A stretch of DNA of 64,000 bases from a virus (Duplodnaviria > Caudoviricetes), in IMG/VR virus record IMGVR_UViG_3300022591_000002; one strand, given 5' to 3'. The stretch's first letter is position 1; each line of letters opens with the position of its first letter. A program made the position numbers and the translations under genes. The notes under the pieces were generated by a model. The model was not told where the DNA came from. It made no database searches and worked only from the letters and a program-made list of their open reading frames with translations. Positions 1 through 9,587 of the stretch are shown one piece after another.

Positions 1-2646
1 GCAGTAGTTGGTACAACAAGCAATCCAGCATTTACAGCTTCTCCAGGTGCTATTACAATTAACGGTAACTCAATTACTGTTACAACAGCATCTACAGTAG
101 CAAGTATTTCTGCAAGTATTAACTCAGCATTGCACATCAAAGGTATTGGTGCTAAGGCTAATACATCAGGTAAGCTAGAACTATACACAGACTTGTATCC
201 AGGTAGTTTAACAGTTGCTGGTAATGCAACAACATTGAATTCACTAGGTATTCCAGCAGGTACATATAGCGGTCCTCAAATGACTGTTGCTCCTCATACA
301 CAATATCCTAACTACGGTACTGCACCTAGCGGATCTGTATACCTAAAGACTACAAGTCCTAACAGTGGTGCTCATTGGATTGTTAAACAATACTCTGCAT
401 CAACACAAGCATTTACACAAATTGCGGCTCCATTGTATAACAACTCTGCATCTGCATTGTATAACATTGACAAAACAGGCGGTGGTGCAAACATTCCAGT
501 TGGCACATTGTTTATTGAAGCAAGCTACGACCACGGTGATGGTTTTGCATCAACATCAACACAACGTCCAATCACATTGAACTTTGAAATTCAAAGACGT
601 GCCGCAGTTAGCCCAACAACTATTACAAGTAAAGCACTAAGTAGCTCTCCTACACTAGTTAATGGCACAACACTACAACTAAAAGAAAGTTTAGTTGGCC
701 AGTTGAATTATGGTAACGCAGTTACAGTAACAGTTCAAACTCCTAGTGCAGGCGATACATGGATTGGTGCGTTAGTAACAGCAATTAATTCTGCAGGTTT
801 AACAAACGTTACAGCACAGCACAACAGTGATGACACAATTACAATCACTCACGCAACTGGTGGCGACATTAAATTTAATGACCCTAACAACGTACTAGGT
901 ACAGTTGGCTTTACAGCATGGAATCAAAGTGCTCCAACAACTGCTTATACAACAAACTTCTACGCACTAGGCGAATACGAACCAGATGCTTTTGACTACA
1001 GAGCAAGTAACTGGGCTCCGTTAATCACAACAGCAAGCCCAAGCGAGCCAGTAACTTCCCCTGAAGATGGTACATTATGGTACAGCAGTATCACTGACCA
1101 AGTTGATATTATGTACAATGATGGTACACATTGGAAAGGTTATAGAAATGCATTCCCAAGTACAGATCCAAATGGCCCGATCATCAGTTCTACTCGTCCA
1201 ACAACACAAAGCGATGGACGTACAGCTCTTGCAGATGGCGACATCTGGATTGATCGTTCAGACATTGAAATGTACGGCTTAAACATCTATGTTTACAACG
1301 GCAATACATTGAAGTGGGTTAAACAAGATCCAGCAGATCAAACAAGTCCAACAGGTTGGGTGTTTGCTGATGCACGTTGGGCAACAAACGGTTACTCAAC
1401 AGCGCAATCATCAATTGCATCACTACTACGTTCAGACTTCTTAGACCCAGACGCACCAGATCCAGGCGGTTATCCACGTGGTACACGTCTATGGAACTTA
1501 CGTCGTTCAGGTTTCAACGTAAAACGTTACGAAGCAAACTATATCAATATCTATGCTAACAACGGTGTAAACCCACGTTACACAGAGCCAATGGATGGTT
1601 CAAACTCAACAACAGCATACGCAACATCACGTTGGGTAACTGTAAGTCCAAATCGTCCAGACGGTGCAGGTTCATTTGGTCGTCACGCACAACGTGGCTT
1701 TGTAGTATCAGCACTAAAAGCGTTGATTGATACAAACCAAACTATCCGCGATACAGACAGTTTAGTATTCAACTTGATTGCTTGCCCTGGTTATCCAGAA
1801 GCAGTACAGAATCTAGTTGCTCTAAACACAGACCGTGGACAAACAGCATTCGTTATTGGTGATACTCCATTCCGCTTACCTGCAAACGGTACAGCATTAC
1901 AAGCATGGGGCTTAAACACTAACGGCGCATTTGACAACGGCGATACAGGTGCTACAAGTTATGACGACTACATGGCATTCTTCTATCCAAGTGGTTTCAC
2001 AAACGACAACACAGGAAACTATATTGTTGTTCCACCAAGCCACATGATGTTACGTACATTCATCAACAGTGATGCTAAATCATACGAATGGTTTGCTCCA
2101 GCTGGTGTACGTCGTGGTAATGTAGATAACGCTACATCAGTAGGTTACATCGACGGCACAACCGGCGAGTTCCACACAACAGCGTTACCACAAGCATTAC
2201 GTGATGTGTTAGCAAAAACTAAGGTTAACCCAATTCCAACTCTAACAGGTTCTGGCATTGTTAACTTTGGTAACTATACTCGTGCTCCTGCGGCAAGTGC
2301 GTTAGATCGTATCAACGTTGCTCGTCTAGTTGCATATCTACGTAGACAGTTGGGCATTTTAGTAAGTCCATACTTATTTGAACCAAACGATCAAATTACA
2401 CGTAGCGAAGTTAAAAACGCAGTAGACAGTTTCTTGTTAGAACTTGTCGGACAACGTGCAATCTATGACTACTTGGTAGTTTGCGATACTAGCAACAATA
2501 CACCTGCTAGAATTGACAGATCAGAGTTATGGATCGACATAGCAATTGAGCCAGTTAAGGCAGTGGAATTCATTTATGTTCCAGTTCGCTTATTGAACAC
2601 AGGTGCAATTGCCGCTGGTAATTTAGGCGATATGTCAAAAGGTTAA
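1..2646 (+). CDS. gp18: Tail sheath protein (T4 gp18-like), 5'-truncated
   Basis: Frame is open from base 1. C-terminal sheath motifs (PPSHMMLRT, WFAPAGVRRG, DRINVARL, FEPND, IAIEPVKAVEFI); next to tail tube. Confidence 0.9.
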   Translation, partial: AVVGTTSNPAFTASPGAITINGNSITVTTASTVASISASINSALHIKGIGAKANTSGKLELYTDLYPGSLTVAGNATTLNSLGIPAGTYSGPQMTVAPHTQYPNYGTAPSGSVYLKTTSPNSGAHWIVKQYSASTQAFTQIAAPLYNNSASALYNIDKTGGGANIPVGTLFIEASYDHGDGFASTSTQRPITLNFEIQRRAAVSPTTITSKALSSSPTLVNGTTLQLKESLVGQLNYGNAVTVTVQTPSAGDTWIGALVTAINSAGLTNVTAQHNSDDTITITHATGGDIKFNDPNNVLGTVGFTAWNQSAPTTAYTTNFYALGEYEPDAFDYRASNWAPLITTASPSEPVTSPEDGTLWYSSITDQVDIMYNDGTHWKGYRNAFPSTDPNGPIISSTRPTTQSDGRTALADGDIWIDRSDIEMYGLNIYVYNGNTLKWVKQDPADQTSPTGWVFADARWATNGYSTAQSSIASLLRSDFLDPDAPDPGGYPRGTRLWNLRRSGFNVKRYEANYINIYANNGVNPRYTEPMDGSNSTTAYATSRWVTVSPNRPDGAGSFGRHAQRGFVVSALKALIDTNQTIRDTDSLVFNLIACPGYPEAVQNLVALNTDRGQTAFVIGDTPFRLPANGTALQAWGLNTNGAFDNGDTGATSYDDYMAFFYPSGFTNDNTGNYIVVPPSHMMLRTFINSDAKSYEWFAPAGVRRGNVDNATSVGYIDGTTGEFHTTALPQALRDVLAKTKVNPIPTLTGSGIVNFGNYTRAPAASALDRINVARLVAYLRRQLGILVSPYLFEPNDQITRSEVKNAVDSFLLELVGQRAIYDYLVVCDTSNNTPARIDRSELWIDIAIEPVKAVEFIYVPVRLLNTGAIAAGNLGDMSKG

Positions 2647-2680
2647 TAGGTTAAATAATAAGGAATAAGGAGCATTTAAG

Positions 2681-3307
2681 ATGGCAATCGCAAGTTTAAG
2701 CAAATTATCAGTTCCATTACCAGCAGGCCAAAGTGCAAGCAGTCAAGGCTTGTTGATGCCAAAACTGAAGTATCGCTTCAGAGTGCAACTACAGAATTTT
2801 GGTGTAACAAAGCCAACTACTGAAGTTACAAAGCAGGTAATGAACGTAACTCGTCCAAAGGTTACTTTTGAAAACATGGAACTTCATGTTTACAACTCAA
2901 AGGTTAACTATGCTGGCAAGTACACATGGGATCCGATCACACTAGTAATTCGTGATGATCAATCTAGTGCAGTAAGCAAGCTATGTGGCGAACAGATCCA
3001 GAAGCAATTCGACTTCTATGAACAAGCATCTGCAAGTTCAGGTATCGACTACAAGTTCACAACTGTAATTGAAATCCTAGACGGTGGTAATGGAGCATTT
3101 GATCCAACAGTTTTAGAAACATTCCAATTAATTGGTTGTTACGTAACTGATATTACATACCAACAAGTAGACTACTCAAGTTCAGAGGCGTTAGATATTA
3201 GCTTGTCTATCAAGTTTGACAACGCAATCCAAACAGATACTGCTGGCAATCCAGTTGGTATTGGTACAAACGTTGGACGTACATTAGGTACATTGGCTTC
3301 GGGTTAA
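2681..3307 (+). CDS. gp19: Tail tube protein (gp19-like)
   Basis: 208 aa directly after sheath; PKLKYRFRV, GKYTWDPITLVIRDD, FDNAIQ; AAGGAG RBS. Confidence 0.85.
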   Translation: MAIASLSKLSVPLPAGQSASSQGLLMPKLKYRFRVQLQNFGVTKPTTEVTKQVMNVTRPKVTFENMELHVYNSKVNYAGKYTWDPITLVIRDDQSSAVSKLCGEQIQKQFDFYEQASASSGIDYKFTTVIEILDGGNGAFDPTVLETFQLIGCYVTDITYQQVDYSSSEALDISLSIKFDNAIQTDTAGNPVGIGTNVGRTLGTLASG

Positions 3308-3321
3308 TCCTAAGCAAACAC

Positions 3322-3353
3322 AAAAAGGCCTGGTTTTTTCTAGGCCTTTTTTT
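3322..3353 (+). terminator. Rho-independent terminator
   Basis: AAAAAGGCCT/AGGCCTTTTT stem followed by a T-run. Confidence 0.85.
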
Positions 3354-3368
3354 ACGGCTAAATACTTC

Positions 3369-5120
3369 ATGCCAAACATTACCGACTTTTTATCTGGTGT
3401 CTTTTCAGGTGCTACCCATCCTAAAGGGACAATGGGCGACTTCCAGCATGCCGCTAGGTTATATACTGATAACTTATATGCTCTTACTCCAAAAGCAGGC
3501 TGGATGTACTATGCGTACTTTGTTATAAATCCCAAAGCGCAAACAGCAATTTCTGCAGGCGCTGATAAAACATCTAGCAGTTTATTAGGTACTATAGGAC
3601 AAGTCCTTGGTGGCGCTAATGTAAAAGGAATTATTTCCAACGGCAAGAATCAAAATCTTGAAGCAGGTATGTTAGTAAAAGCCGCAGACTTACCTAAGTT
3701 TCAAATACAAACAGAACAACTAAATCAGTACAACCGTCGTACTAATATTCAAACAAAAATAAATTATCAGCCAGTGACAATTAATTTTCACGATGATATG
3801 AGTAACACCACAAACGAGTTGTGGCAAAGTTATTTTAGATATTATTACGCAGATACAACTTACGGTAGTGCATCAAGTCCTACTACTGACTCTGCTAACC
3901 TTGCAACTAATCCTGCATACGGAAACACAAAATACTCAGCAACAACACCTGTACCTCCTAATGCATACGGTTTAAACAATAATCAAGGTGAGCCTTTTTT
4001 CCGTGCAATTATATTATATCAGTTGAATAGATCTGTATTCAATTCTTATATAATGATCAATCCATTAGTAACACAATGGGATCACGCACACTTAGATCAA
4101 TCGCAAAACAGTTTTTCAGAAAATAAAATGAGCTTTCAATACGAAACAGTATTTTATGGCAAGGGCAAAGTTAAACGAGATCAACCTCCTGGATTTGCTA
4201 CATTTCACTATGACACAACTCCAAGTCCATTAAGTATTCAAGGCGGCGGCACTGGAACACTATTTGGTCCAGGTGGAGTTATTTCAGGAGCTCAAGAATT
4301 ATTTGGCGGTAGCGACACAGGTCCTACAAGTATCTTAGGTACAGCTCTAGGTGTAGCTAACCTAGTAGGTAATGCAGGTAAACTTAATGCGGCTGGTATT
4401 AAAGCAGAAGGATATAGTATGCTTGGCGGAGTATTAGGCACTATTGGTAACAAAGGAAATATACCAGAAGGCTCGTACGGTGGCATCGGCGGCGGAATAG
4501 TCGGCGGAGCACTTAGCATCTTTAAGGGCGGCAATTCTAGTACTAACGGACAGACAAGTGCTAGTCAAAAATCAATAACCGGACAAGCGTCTAATCAGGA
4601 TAATCCAGCGGGAACTACTACACAGCCTGCACTAGCGGCCGCGGCAGTGGCCACAATTACTCCATTAAATTCTGCACTCTTACCAACAGACGTTGCAGAT
4701 TTAGAGTCGCTATCTGCTAGCAACACTGATCAAATTTCATTGTTAAACTCTAAAATTGCAGATGCTAAAACATTACAACCAAGCTATCTAGCAGAATTTG
4801 GTGCGGCGGCCGCAAGTGGCGGACAAGATGCAGTGGACGCAGTGAATTCTAAATATGCATCATTGGGCTATCAGGATCCTAATAAGTTACAGGCTAACTT
4901 AACAGTATTACAATCAAATCAAACAACAATTGATACTGCATTAAAAACAGCAAATCAAATATCAGCTCCAAATCAAACGTTGGCAAAAGATGATAACACT
5001 ACAGGTCCTCAGGATCCAAGTGCCGCTCTTAACACAGCAAAAAATCAAGATACAAATATAACTCAACAACCAGTTATACAAACAGCATCGGCTAATACAG
5101 CAGATTCATGGTACGAATAA
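3369..5120 (+). CDS. Baseplate-tail tube junction protein (gp48/gp54-like) with low-complexity C-terminus
   Basis: Tube-fold motif VKAADLPKF...NQYNR...YQPVTINFHDD; position in tail operon. Confidence 0.55.
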   Translation: MPNITDFLSGVFSGATHPKGTMGDFQHAARLYTDNLYALTPKAGWMYYAYFVINPKAQTAISAGADKTSSSLLGTIGQVLGGANVKGIISNGKNQNLEAGMLVKAADLPKFQIQTEQLNQYNRRTNIQTKINYQPVTINFHDDMSNTTNELWQSYFRYYYADTTYGSASSPTTDSANLATNPAYGNTKYSATTPVPPNAYGLNNNQGEPFFRAIILYQLNRSVFNSYIMINPLVTQWDHAHLDQSQNSFSENKMSFQYETVFYGKGKVKRDQPPGFATFHYDTTPSPLSIQGGGTGTLFGPGGVISGAQELFGGSDTGPTSILGTALGVANLVGNAGKLNAAGIKAEGYSMLGGVLGTIGNKGNIPEGSYGGIGGGIVGGALSIFKGGNSSTNGQTSASQKSITGQASNQDNPAGTTTQPALAAAAVATITPLNSALLPTDVADLESLSASNTDQISLLNSKIADAKTLQPSYLAEFGAAAASGGQDAVDAVNSKYASLGYQDPNKLQANLTVLQSNQTTIDTALKTANQISAPNQTLAKDDNTTGPQDPSAALNTAKNQDTNITQQPVIQTASANTADSWYE

Positions 5121-5121
5121 T

Positions 5122-5499
5122 ATGACAACAACTTATAATAATATTCCACAAGAAAAAGTTACAGACAGCGCACTAGCTACTGTACAGATGTTTAATCAGT
5201 ACGGCAGTCCTGTTGTTGCCTTAGATGCGGCAACTATAGATGCGGCTGTTGGATTTTTTACAAGTCGTGGCTTTGATAAGAATAGTGCAGAATCTATTGC
5301 CTACATTATTATGAAGCAGGCAAAACTAGACGGCTATAAACCTTTTCAAATTATTGACACACTTGGTGGATTAGATAATGTTCAAATATCTGCACTAGTT
5401 ACAGAACTACTAAACTATAACAGATACAAATCAAGCAGTCTTGGAATGGCACAAACGTTTATTCCTGTAGCAACTGTACAAAGAAATATTTTAGCCTAA
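5122..5499 (+). CDS. Hypothetical protein (tail/baseplate module)
   Basis: 125-aa ORF tightly packed in operon. Confidence 0.7.
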   Translation: MTTTYNNIPQEKVTDSALATVQMFNQYGSPVVALDAATIDAAVGFFTSRGFDKNSAESIAYIIMKQAKLDGYKPFQIIDTLGGLDNVQISALVTELLNYNRYKSSSLGMAQTFIPVATVQRNILA

Positions 5500-5939
5500 T
5501 GAGAAACACAGCAAAGGGTCCTTATCTATTAAAGAACCCAGAAAAATATATTGGTGGTGGTACACCTTATTATCGCAGTAGTTGGGAAGCCGCAGTTATG
5601 AAGATGTGTGACGAAAATGCATCTATAGAACAGTGGGCTAGCGAAGCAGTTAAGATTCCTTATCGTGATCCGTTAACTGGTAAAAACACAGTTTACGTAC
5701 CTGACTTTCTTGTAGTCTTTACAGATCGTAAAAATAAAAAGCATACAGAGTTATGGGAAGTAAAACCTATTAATCAAACTATGCTAGAAAGCGTTGGTAA
5801 AAATCCCTACAACCAAGGGCAGTATGTACGAAATCAAGTAAAGTGGGAAATGGCCAGACAGTGGGCTAGAGGTAGGGGAATACACTTTAGGATCCTCACA
5901 GAGGCCGATATTTTCCATACTGGTAAGAAAAAGCGATAA
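5499..5939 (+). CDS. gp4: Head completion nuclease (T4 gp4 / TnsA-like PD-(D/E)xK)
   Basis: YRSSWE, WASE..IPY, YVPDF, EVKP motifs. Confidence 0.75.
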   Translation: MRNTAKGPYLLKNPEKYIGGGTPYYRSSWEAAVMKMCDENASIEQWASEAVKIPYRDPLTGKNTVYVPDFLVVFTDRKNKKHTELWEVKPINQTMLESVGKNPYNQGQYVRNQVKWEMARQWARGRGIHFRILTEADIFHTGKKKR

Positions 5940-5947
5940 GTAAAGTT

Positions 5948-6436
5948 ATGACTAAAAAGCTAGAAGAACTGTTGGATATAGAACCTACTAAAAAAGTAGA
6001 ACCTGTAACCAAACCCGAATCTGTAGAAATAGCAGAAGTTCAGCACGTTGACCTACAGCAGAACTTAGAGCAGTTTGATAAGATCAGTGCCGCCCTCCCT
6101 CAGGTAAAAGGCCTGGGCGATATGAGCGATACAGAGTTAGATGGCCTAGCGGCAAAGGCAGAATCTGCATACGATGATCTAATGGATCTAGGTATGAACG
6201 TAGAAGCACGTTACGGAGCACGTATGTTTGAAGTAGCAGGTACAATGCTACAGGCCGCAATTAACGCTAAATCAGCTAAAATTGACAAAAAATTAAAAAT
6301 GGTAGAATTACAGCTGAAAAAGCTGGCTATTGATAAGAAGAACGGCCCTGCCGAAGATGGCATGGTTGAGGGGGAAGGTTACGTGATTTCTGACCGTAAT
6401 AGTCTCCTGGAAAAACTTAAAAATATGAATAAATAA
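5948..6436 (+). CDS. Putative terminase small subunit
   Basis: Helical/coiled 162-aa protein upstream of large terminase; positional inference. Confidence 0.4.
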   Translation: MTKKLEELLDIEPTKKVEPVTKPESVEIAEVQHVDLQQNLEQFDKISAALPQVKGLGDMSDTELDGLAAKAESAYDDLMDLGMNVEARYGARMFEVAGTMLQAAINAKSAKIDKKLKMVELQLKKLAIDKKNGPAEDGMVEGEGYVISDRNSLLEKLKNMNK

Positions 6437-6458
6437 TATACCAGGGAACTGATATAAC

Positions 6459-7049
6459 ATGAGATCATTTAAAGAATACTTAACAGAAAGCAAACGCACA
6501 TTTGACTTCAAAGTCAAGATTGCAGGAGACGTATCTGCTGACAGCGAAAAAATGCTAGAAACACTTTTACAGAAGTTTCAAATAGCTAGTTTCAAGAAAG
6601 CGGGCAAAACTCCTATTCAATCAGTTCCATTAGACTTTCCACTAATCAAACACGCAGAAGTTAATATCTACGAAGTAAGTTTAGATTACCCAACAACACA
6701 ATGGGAACTTCACGAGTACCTATCTAGCAATTTAAGAATAGGCAGAGACCAAATAGTAGTTCGCAATCCTTTTGAACCTACAGAAGAATACCAAGCTCCT
6801 AAAGCGGCACATGAAGGCACACTACTACAAGATCCTAATTTTACAGAAGTACCTAGCGTAGACAGCAAGAAGTACTACGGCACCGAATACAATTTGAGCT
6901 TTGTAAAAGCATTGAATGACACAATTAAGGCCCAACGTAAAGAACAAGGCCAACAAATTCCCACAGAGTCAGCCGCAACATATAATGTTGACTCCAAAGA
7001 AAACACAACCAGTCCGATACAACAATCTGACTATGATCCAAGGAAATAA
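6459..7049 (+). CDS. Hypothetical virion (head-internal?) protein
   Basis: N-terminus MRSFKEYLTE resembles T4 capsid-targeting sequence. Confidence 0.6.
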   Translation: MRSFKEYLTESKRTFDFKVKIAGDVSADSEKMLETLLQKFQIASFKKAGKTPIQSVPLDFPLIKHAEVNIYEVSLDYPTTQWELHEYLSSNLRIGRDQIVVRNPFEPTEEYQAPKAAHEGTLLQDPNFTEVPSVDSKKYYGTEYNLSFVKALNDTIKAQRKEQGQQIPTESAATYNVDSKENTTSPIQQSDYDPRK

Positions 7050-7051
7050 TT

Positions 7052-7933
7052 ATGCAAATGATCGACGTAATGAAACGCCTAGCAGAGTTGGATTCTACAA
7101 ATCCTAACGTTGTAAAGGCTGACTCAAAAGAACAAGAGTTCAATGCAGGTAACGCTGTTACTGGCATGAACAACTACACAGGCGAAACAGTTATCGCAGA
7201 AACTTTAAGTGTTGCCGAACTACAAAAATTATCTGGCTTGAACGAAAGTTTAGCAGAATGTGGTCCAATGGGTATGATGGGTGCCGGTCCAATGGGCATG
7301 GCATCTGCAAAACCAACTGCAAACTTTAGCCTAAACGCTTCAGCCGCGACAGGCGATGAAGTAGCAAGTATGCTTACACAAATCATGAACCTAGCAGGCG
7401 TTAAAGATGCAGGTCATCATTTAGGTACTCCAGATTCATTAACAGGCGAACCTCCAGCAGGTAGTCATCACGGCGCAGACGGCATGTCAGCACAAAGCGA
7501 CATTGCTAAGGCATTAGGTCACATTGATAGCATCGAAGACGAAGAAGCAGAAATGGGTGCGGATATGGGCGCAGACTTCAGCGGTCAAATTGGTCACGAA
7601 GTTGATACTAAGTCTCCAACAAACGGTGACGTTGGTGCAATGGCTGACCAAGTTCGCGGTATGGCAGATGAGCTAAGTGAAAAAGATCCAGAAGATTTTG
7701 ACGTTGCTGAAGAACTACGTTTATTTGACAATAGTCCAAAAGAGCAAACACGTGCTTACGATCCAAACGCATTTGCTGATGTAATTAACAGACTACGTGA
7801 CTTTGACACAGTTCCAGCACGTGGTGGTGATAATCCACTAAAGGCACACGCAACTGAGGCAGTTAAATCGGCAGACGACACAGGCTCACTAGCAGAACAA
7901 CTAATGGCAGAATTTCAACAGTTTAAAGGCTAA
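7052..7933 (+). CDS. Acidic hypothetical protein (head-associated?)
   Basis: 293-aa D/E-rich ORF with host-like codon style. Confidence 0.65.
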   Translation: MQMIDVMKRLAELDSTNPNVVKADSKEQEFNAGNAVTGMNNYTGETVIAETLSVAELQKLSGLNESLAECGPMGMMGAGPMGMASAKPTANFSLNASAATGDEVASMLTQIMNLAGVKDAGHHLGTPDSLTGEPPAGSHHGADGMSAQSDIAKALGHIDSIEDEEAEMGADMGADFSGQIGHEVDTKSPTNGDVGAMADQVRGMADELSEKDPEDFDVAEELRLFDNSPKEQTRAYDPNAFADVINRLRDFDTVPARGGDNPLKAHATEAVKSADDTGSLAEQLMAEFQQFKG

Positions 7934-7949
7934 TCAAATATAGCTTTCC

Positions 7950-7977
7950 AAATAGGCTCTTCGGAGCCTATTTTTTT
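7950..7977 (+). terminator. Rho-independent terminator
   Basis: AAATAGGCTC-TTCG-GAGCCTATTTTTTT. Confidence 0.9.
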
Positions 7978-7991
7978 CATTAAATAAACGC

Positions 7992-9578
7992 ATGTCATTA
8001 AACAAAGATACAACGTTAATTAAGACAGCTCATAAAACTGTAAAGTTTAGTGAGCAAGACTTACTTGACCTGCAAGAATGTTCTAATTTAGAAACTGGAC
8101 ACAAATATTTCTTAAAACATTTCTTTGCAATCCAACATCCTACTCGTGGTAAAATACAGTACGAAGCATACGGTTATCAAGAAGCACTTGTAGATAGTCT
8201 ACACAACTATCGCTTCAACGTAAACATGTTGCCACGACAGTCGGGTAAGACCACAACGGCCGTAGGCTACTTGTTGTGGTACGCTATGTTCAATCCAGAT
8301 CAAACATTGTTAATTGCGGCGCACAAATACACTGGTGCTCAAGAAATTATGCAACGTATTCGTTACGCATATGAATTGTGTCCTGATCATATTCGTTGTG
8401 GTGTTACAAGTTATAATAAACAGTCAATTGAATTTGATAACGGCTCGCGTATTGTTGCACAAACAACAACTGAAAACACAGGTCGTGGTATGTCTATATC
8501 ACTACTATACTGTGACGAGTTTGCGTTCGTTCCGCCAAACATTGCCACTGAATTCTGGACTTCAATTTCACCTACACTAGCTACTGGTGGTAAGGCAATT
8601 ATTACATCGACACCTAACTCAGACGAAGATCAGTTTGCTGAAATTTGGTTTGGTGCTAACCGTAAGTTCAACGAGTACGGAGATGAACAAGAAGTAGGGG
8701 AAAATGGTTTCCACCCTTACATTAGCCATTGGTCCGATCATCCAGATCGTGATGATGCATGGGCTAAGGTAGAAATGGGACGCATTGGAGAAGAAAGATT
8801 CCGACGTGAATATGGTTGTGAATTCTTGATCTACGATGAAACACTGATCAGCAGTTTAGCACTTGCAGAAATGTCAGGTGTAGATCCTAAATACAGACAA
8901 GGGCAGGTACGTTGGTACAAGAACATTGACCCACGTATGACCTACATAGTAGCCCATGACCCTAGTCTAGGTACAGGTGGAGATCACGCTGGTATTCAAA
9001 TTATAGAAATTCCAACATTTGAACAAGCGGGAGAATGGCAACACAATCTAACCCCTGTACAAGCACAAGTTCGTATCTTGCGAGACATTTGTAAGTTTAT
9101 TAACGAAGAATGTCAAAAAGTAGGATCAACGGCCAACATATATTATTCAGTTGAAAACAACACGCTAGGTGAAGCGGCCTTAATAGCAATTAGCGAAATA
9201 GGTGAAGAAAGTATTCCAGGTATGTTCTTAAGTGAGCCACTAAAGAAAGGACATGTTCGCCGTTTCCGTAAGGGCTTTAACACAACCCAAAAAGCTAAGA
9301 TCAGTGCCTGTGCCAAACTAAAACATCTAGTTGAGCACAAAACACTCAAGATATACAGCAAGCCCTTAATTACAGAACTTAAAGGTTTTATTGCAGGTGG
9401 TGCAAGTTTTGAAGCAAAAACAGGACAACATGACGACCTAGTGCTGGCATTATTGCTAGCTGTACGTATGATTATGATGTTACAAGACTGGGATCCTGCA
9501 ATCTACGAGAAATTTAACGAACATGCAGACGATGATGCGGTTATGCCAATGCCCATATACATCAGCGGTATAGCATAA
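7992..9578 (+). CDS. gp17: Terminase large subunit (gp17-like)
   Basis: Walker A PRQSGKTT, Walker B LLYCDEFAF, TSTPN, RNase H-like AHDPS and HDDLV. Confidence 0.95.
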   Translation: MSLNKDTTLIKTAHKTVKFSEQDLLDLQECSNLETGHKYFLKHFFAIQHPTRGKIQYEAYGYQEALVDSLHNYRFNVNMLPRQSGKTTTAVGYLLWYAMFNPDQTLLIAAHKYTGAQEIMQRIRYAYELCPDHIRCGVTSYNKQSIEFDNGSRIVAQTTTENTGRGMSISLLYCDEFAFVPPNIATEFWTSISPTLATGGKAIITSTPNSDEDQFAEIWFGANRKFNEYGDEQEVGENGFHPYISHWSDHPDRDDAWAKVEMGRIGEERFRREYGCEFLIYDETLISSLALAEMSGVDPKYRQGQVRWYKNIDPRMTYIVAHDPSLGTGGDHAGIQIIEIPTFEQAGEWQHNLTPVQAQVRILRDICKFINEECQKVGSTANIYYSVENNTLGEAALIAISEIGEESIPGMFLSEPLKKGHVRRFRKGFNTTQKAKISACAKLKHLVEHKTLKIYSKPLITELKGFIAGGASFEAKTGQHDDLVLALLLAVRMIMMLQDWDPAIYEKFNEHADDDAVMPMPIYISGIA

Positions 9579-9587
9579 ATATACTTT